NCBI GenBank assembly: GCA_016214895.1
Contig: JACRMR010000012.1
Location: 297,142 to 361,141 of the forward strand
Reading direction: 5' to 3'
Length of the DNA stretch: 64,000 bases
Source: Candidatus Zhuqueibacterota bacterium
Lineage (GTDB): Bacteria > Electryoneota > RPQS01
Positions 61,216 through 64,000 of the stretch are shown one piece after another. Below the pieces are notes generated by a model. The model ran no database searches and was not told where the DNA came from. It saw nothing but the letters and a program-made list of their open reading frames with translations. The translations under genes and the position numbers were made by a program. The stretch's first letter is position 1, and every line of letters starts with the position of its first letter.

Positions 61216-62259
61216 CTATCCTCCCTGCAACACAGCCAGCAATTCGCTTGCCCGGCTGTCCGCCGTGTATCGGTCTCGCAAGATCAGTAACGCGCGGTCG
61301 GCTAAGCGATCGCGCGCAGTGCCGTCGCTTAGAAGTTGCTTCATCGCCTCATACCATTCCTCCGGTGCGGACGCGTAGCGGATCGAGTCGCGATCCGCAA
61401 AATCCTGCACGGGGAAACCGATCGGACTCGCCACCGCGGGCACGCCACGGCTCATGTACACCAGCGCCTTGTAGTTCATCTTGGCGCGACACCATTCCGT
61501 ATCATCGAGTGGCGCAAGTCCCAGCGTGAATTGCGGCACGAATTCCGCCTCCGCTGACCGACTCCACGGAATGAACCTGTGCCGGTAGCGCGGCGGCGGG
61601 TTCATCAGACCTGACGTCATGATCCACACCTCAAGCTCGGGGAGCTCTGCTTGCAGCCGCAGAATGGAGTCCTCAAGCGGCCGTAAGAACCGCTGGTTTT
61701 CCGGTGCCCCCACCCACCCGACCACTGCGGGATGCCGCGGCACCGACGGCGCTGCCGCTACGGTCTCGACAATCGTCGGAATGACGTGCACGTAGGCGTT
61801 TAGTCCGGTCGCGTAGCGGCGAATGGCCGCGCCGCTGGCCACGACCGCGGATGCGCGGCGAAGCGAGCGATTGACGCGCTCACGTTCCGCGCTGCGCCAG
61901 ACCGCGTTCGGCAGATCAAACGGCGACGCCAGATAGATCGCGTCGTCCAGATCATATACGATGCGCTTCCGCAGCGCTCGGGCGAGTCCCAACTTGATTC
62001 GCCCACCGCTGAACTTCTGATGCCAGATGGCATCCGCGCGGAATACGGTGAACAGCGCGCGGAGCGGAAGCAACTCCAGCCAGAGTCGCGAGCGACCGCG
62101 CGGACGTTCCGTTCCGCGTTCGTACTTGTGAAACGTGTAACTGTCAACGAACACGGCCACGCCCGCGGCTGCCAGCGCCGGAAGATACGCGTACATCCGC
62201 GTCCGCGCGCTGCCGTTGTCCAGTCCTCCTCCGGGAATCATCAGCACGCGCAGCGTCAT
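61216..62259 (-). CDS. Glycosyltransferase family 1 (GT4-type)
   Basis: Start taken at [12 protein letters not shown], which overlaps the GT2 stop (ATGA). It has a C-terminal GT1 Rossmann region with the E-x7-E-like context ([13 protein letters not shown]...). The track ORF to 62613 is over-extended. Confidence 0.65.
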   Translation of the reverse strand: MTLRVLMIPGGGLDNGSARTRMYAYLPALAAAGVAVFVDSYTFHKYERGTERPRGRSRLWLELLPLRALFTVFRADAIWHQKFSGGRIKLGLARALRKRIVYDLDDAIYLASPFDLPNAVWRSAERERVNRSLRRASAVVASGAAIRRYATGLNAYVHVIPTIVETVAAAPSVPRHPAVVGWVGAPENQRFLRPLEDSILRLQAELPELEVWIMTSGLMNPPPRYRHRFIPWSRSAEAEFVPQFTLGLAPLDDTEWCRAKMNYKALVYMSRGVPAVASPIGFPVQDFADRDSIRYASAPEEWYEAMKQLLSDGTARDRLADRALLILRDRYTADSRASELLAVLQGG

Positions 62260-63203
62260 ACTGTCAGCTCCGCCAGCATCGCGCGCATCTGCGAAGCGGT
62301 CACGCGGGCCGTTCGCCGCAGCGCTCGCCGACGCCGCCATGCCTCCGGCAACCACCGCAGGAACGCAATCCAGCTCGCCAGCACCGCTCCGCATTGACGC
62401 GCCCGGATATGATGCGGGATGCCGAACACGTCTTTCTGTAAACGGTAGAGAATCTCCCGCACGGACATCCAGCCCGGCAGGCCGTTCGCGCAGGTCAGCA
62501 ACCGGTTCCGGCGATAGCGAATGAACCGCGCGCGCGGCAGGCGTGCCTGTGTGGGTGAACGATGATGCCGCACACGCGCCTGTGGCACGAGCCGAAAGCT
62601 CCAATCGAACCACCGGCAGCGCAATGCCAAATCGACGTCATCCCACTCGGCAAAGAAGTTCGGATCGAGACCGCCCACTTCGTCAAATGCCTCGCGTCGA
62701 AAGAGCGCGCAGGCAAGACAGACGCCAAATACTACCGTGGATGCGCTCGGCGCCAAGTCCGCCGACTCCCCGTGCAGTCCGTCGGCCGCCGTGAAGTGCC
62801 GATGCAATACGATACCCGCGCTGTCCACGCATCGGGGGTCCGCCGCGTTCACCAACAGCGGCTGGACCGCGGCCACCCGCTGGCCGGCCTGCAGCAAAGC
62901 GTCCACCAACGATGGCAACGAGCCCGGCTCCAGCACCGTGTCATTATTCAGAAGCAACAACAGCTCGCCGCGAGCGACCGCGACGCCGTGATTGATCGCA
63001 CCGGTAAACCCGGTATTGGTCGCTAACACTTCGCAGTGTACCGTCGGAAACTGCGCGCTCACGTAAGCGACGCTGCCGTCCGTCGAACCGTTATCGACGA
63101 GCAGAACTTCGAGCGGATCCCTGCATTCCTGACTGAGCACGGAGGTCAGACACGGCCCGAGGTATTCGAGACCGTTGAAATTGGGAATGATCACCGAGAT
63201 CAT
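62256..63203 (-). CDS. Glycosyltransferase family 2
   Basis: MISVIIPNFNGLEYLGPCLTSVLSQ...LLVDNGSTDGS...LLLLLNNDTV, i.e. the GT-A DxD-containing N-terminal domain. Confidence 0.85.
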   Translation of the reverse strand: MISVIIPNFNGLEYLGPCLTSVLSQECRDPLEVLLVDNGSTDGSVAYVSAQFPTVHCEVLATNTGFTGAINHGVAVARGELLLLLNNDTVLEPGSLPSLVDALLQAGQRVAAVQPLLVNAADPRCVDSAGIVLHRHFTAADGLHGESADLAPSASTVVFGVCLACALFRREAFDEVGGLDPNFFAEWDDVDLALRCRWFDWSFRLVPQARVRHHRSPTQARLPRARFIRYRRNRLLTCANGLPGWMSVREILYRLQKDVFGIPHHIRARQCGAVLASWIAFLRWLPEAWRRRRALRRTARVTASQMRAMLAELTV

Positions 63204-63339
63204 TCACCCTCGCCTTGAGCTATGCGTGCGCCGCCGCAATGTGACCCAGATTATGGCGCTTGACGCGCTCAAAATCCTCCGGCAGCGGAGGCAGGTACGC
63301 CTGTGGAAACTCCACCTCGTCGAAGGACTCCCATGAACA

Positions 63340-63798
63340 CTACTTTACCGTCACAATGTCGGCCTTGGTCGTGCCCACGATCGCCAACAGTTCGCCCTGC
63401 TCCGGCTTCGGGACCTTGAATTCGTCGAGGGTCTTCACAAAGTCCACGACCATCGCGTCCCATTCCTTGTTTGCAATATTCAAATGCGCGTGGGACTCCT
63501 TCATCGAGCGGCCGGTGTAAACCTGCGGACCGCCTGTCACCTGACACACCAGTGCCGTAACCTGAAACTTGAGTCCAGCCTTTGGCACGCGATCGCGCGC
63601 CTCTTTTATCGCCGGATTCGCGTTCAAGACATCATTCACCAGCAGTTTCTCGATGAATACGTCCACCACCGAGGCGATATTGTACACACCACCGAGGCGG
63701 TCATAGAGCGACGGCGCGGCAGGTTCCGCCGCGCGAGCAGCCGTCGATACCAGCATGACAGCCATCATTCCGGTCAGAAGACTCTGCAGACTCTTCAT
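63340..63798 (-). CDS. Signal-peptide-bearing truncated hemoglobin (2/2 Hb, group I/trHbN-like)
   Basis: Signal peptide MKSLQSLLTGMMAVMLVSTAARA, then SLYDRLGGVYNIASVVDVFIEKLL...TGGPQVYTGRSMKESHAHLNI, which aligns with the trHbN B/E/F-helix signatures (IYDKIGG...GGPEPYTGAPMKQVH). The RBS AAGGGAG is upstream. A TAG stop is followed in-frame by a conserved tail (see findings). Confidence 0.75.
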   Translation of the reverse strand: MKSLQSLLTGMMAVMLVSTAARAAEPAAPSLYDRLGGVYNIASVVDVFIEKLLVNDVLNANPAIKEARDRVPKAGLKFQVTALVCQVTGGPQVYTGRSMKESHAHLNIANKEWDAMVVDFVKTLDEFKVPKPEQGELLAIVGTTKADIVTVK

Positions 63799-63842
63799 AG
63801 CTTGCTCCCTTCGTGTTTCGTTGATCTATGGGGGGCGACCAT

Positions 63843-64000
63843 CATATCGTCTGAGCGGCAAGCGCCGCTCCAAGATTGTGCTGCTTGATCCGGTGAAAAT
63901 CCTCCGGCAGCGGAGGCAGGTTCGTCAGTTGAAACTCAATGAACTCCGCTTCGCTCATCCCCAACGCCGGCGTCAGCCGCCGCTCGCGTCCCAGAGTTGA
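63843..64000 (-). CDS. 3' end of upstream gene (runs off window); C-terminal tail homologous to post-stop region of the trHb gene
   Basis: The reverse-strand translation ...TLGRERRLTPALGMSEAEFIEFQLTNLPPLPEDFHRIKQHNLGAALAAQTI* is open to the window edge. Confidence 0.3.

Noticed and set aside
63269-63547. 92-aa minus-strand ORF overlapping the globin gene
   Set aside because: It is an alternative frame within the trHb CDS, and its tail is simply the out-of-frame reading of the conserved post-stop segment.
1-64000. CRISPR arrays, tRNA/rRNA genes, transposases/integrases, toxin-antitoxin or defence-island signatures
   Set aside because: I scanned intergenic regions for direct-repeat/spacer periodicity, the T-psi-C GTTCGAATCC motif and IS-like inverted repeats and found none. 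All long ORFs are assigned to housekeeping, envelope or secreted functions.

Overview
This is a high-GC (about 60-65%) bacterial chromosomal segment that is densely coding and shows no sign of mobile DNA. I found no transposase, integrase, CRISPR array, tRNA or rRNA. At least five secreted proteins end in the YPNPFN...K/R beta-sandwich typical of type IX secretion (T9SS) C-terminal sorting domains. Together with type IV pili, sigma-54 and LPS-transport genes, this points to a Gram-negative member of the Fibrobacteres-Chlorobi-Bacteroidetes (FCB) superphylum, probably an uncultivated lineage rather than classical Bacteroidia.

Gene content from the start to the end of the window:
- A giant Big_1 Ig-repeat lipoprotein that runs off the window start.
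- A complete type IV pilus block on the minus strand: pilA, pilT, three pilin-like or minor-pilin genes including a PilX_N protein, pilMNOPQ, and a translationally overlapping Wza-like SLBB exporter. An ECF sigma/anti-sigma pair sits upstream of pilA.
- nadB.
- Two T9SS cargo proteins (a 1048-aa protein and an S8 subtilase).
- An aminotransferase.
- An LPS block: kdsC, kdsD, lptC, lptA, an 836-aa YfhO-like membrane protein, lptB, rpoN.
- lon and engB.
- An LVIVD lipoprotein.
- pdxS, pdxT and a translationally coupled HAD phosphatase.
- Two more T9SS cargo proteins (FG-GAP and beta-propeller-like).
- A three-PAS membrane sensor with a degenerate receiver domain.
- A 1048-aa secreted protein with three lamin-tail domains.
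- An orphan flgB.
- Three tandem TyrA-fold/ACT genes, of which only one keeps the catalytic and NAD motifs.
- A suf cluster (sufB-sufD ... Rieske-sufS-sufU) that lacks sufC locally.
- A GT1/GT2 glycosyltransferase pair.
- A signal-peptide-bearing truncated hemoglobin whose in-frame TAG precedes a tail conserved with the upstream neighbour.

The most unusual items are the TyrA pseudo-paralog triplet, the secreted truncated hemoglobin with its stop and tail anomaly, the YfhO-like gene embedded in the lpt operon, the orphan flgB, and the PdxST-coupled phosphatase.
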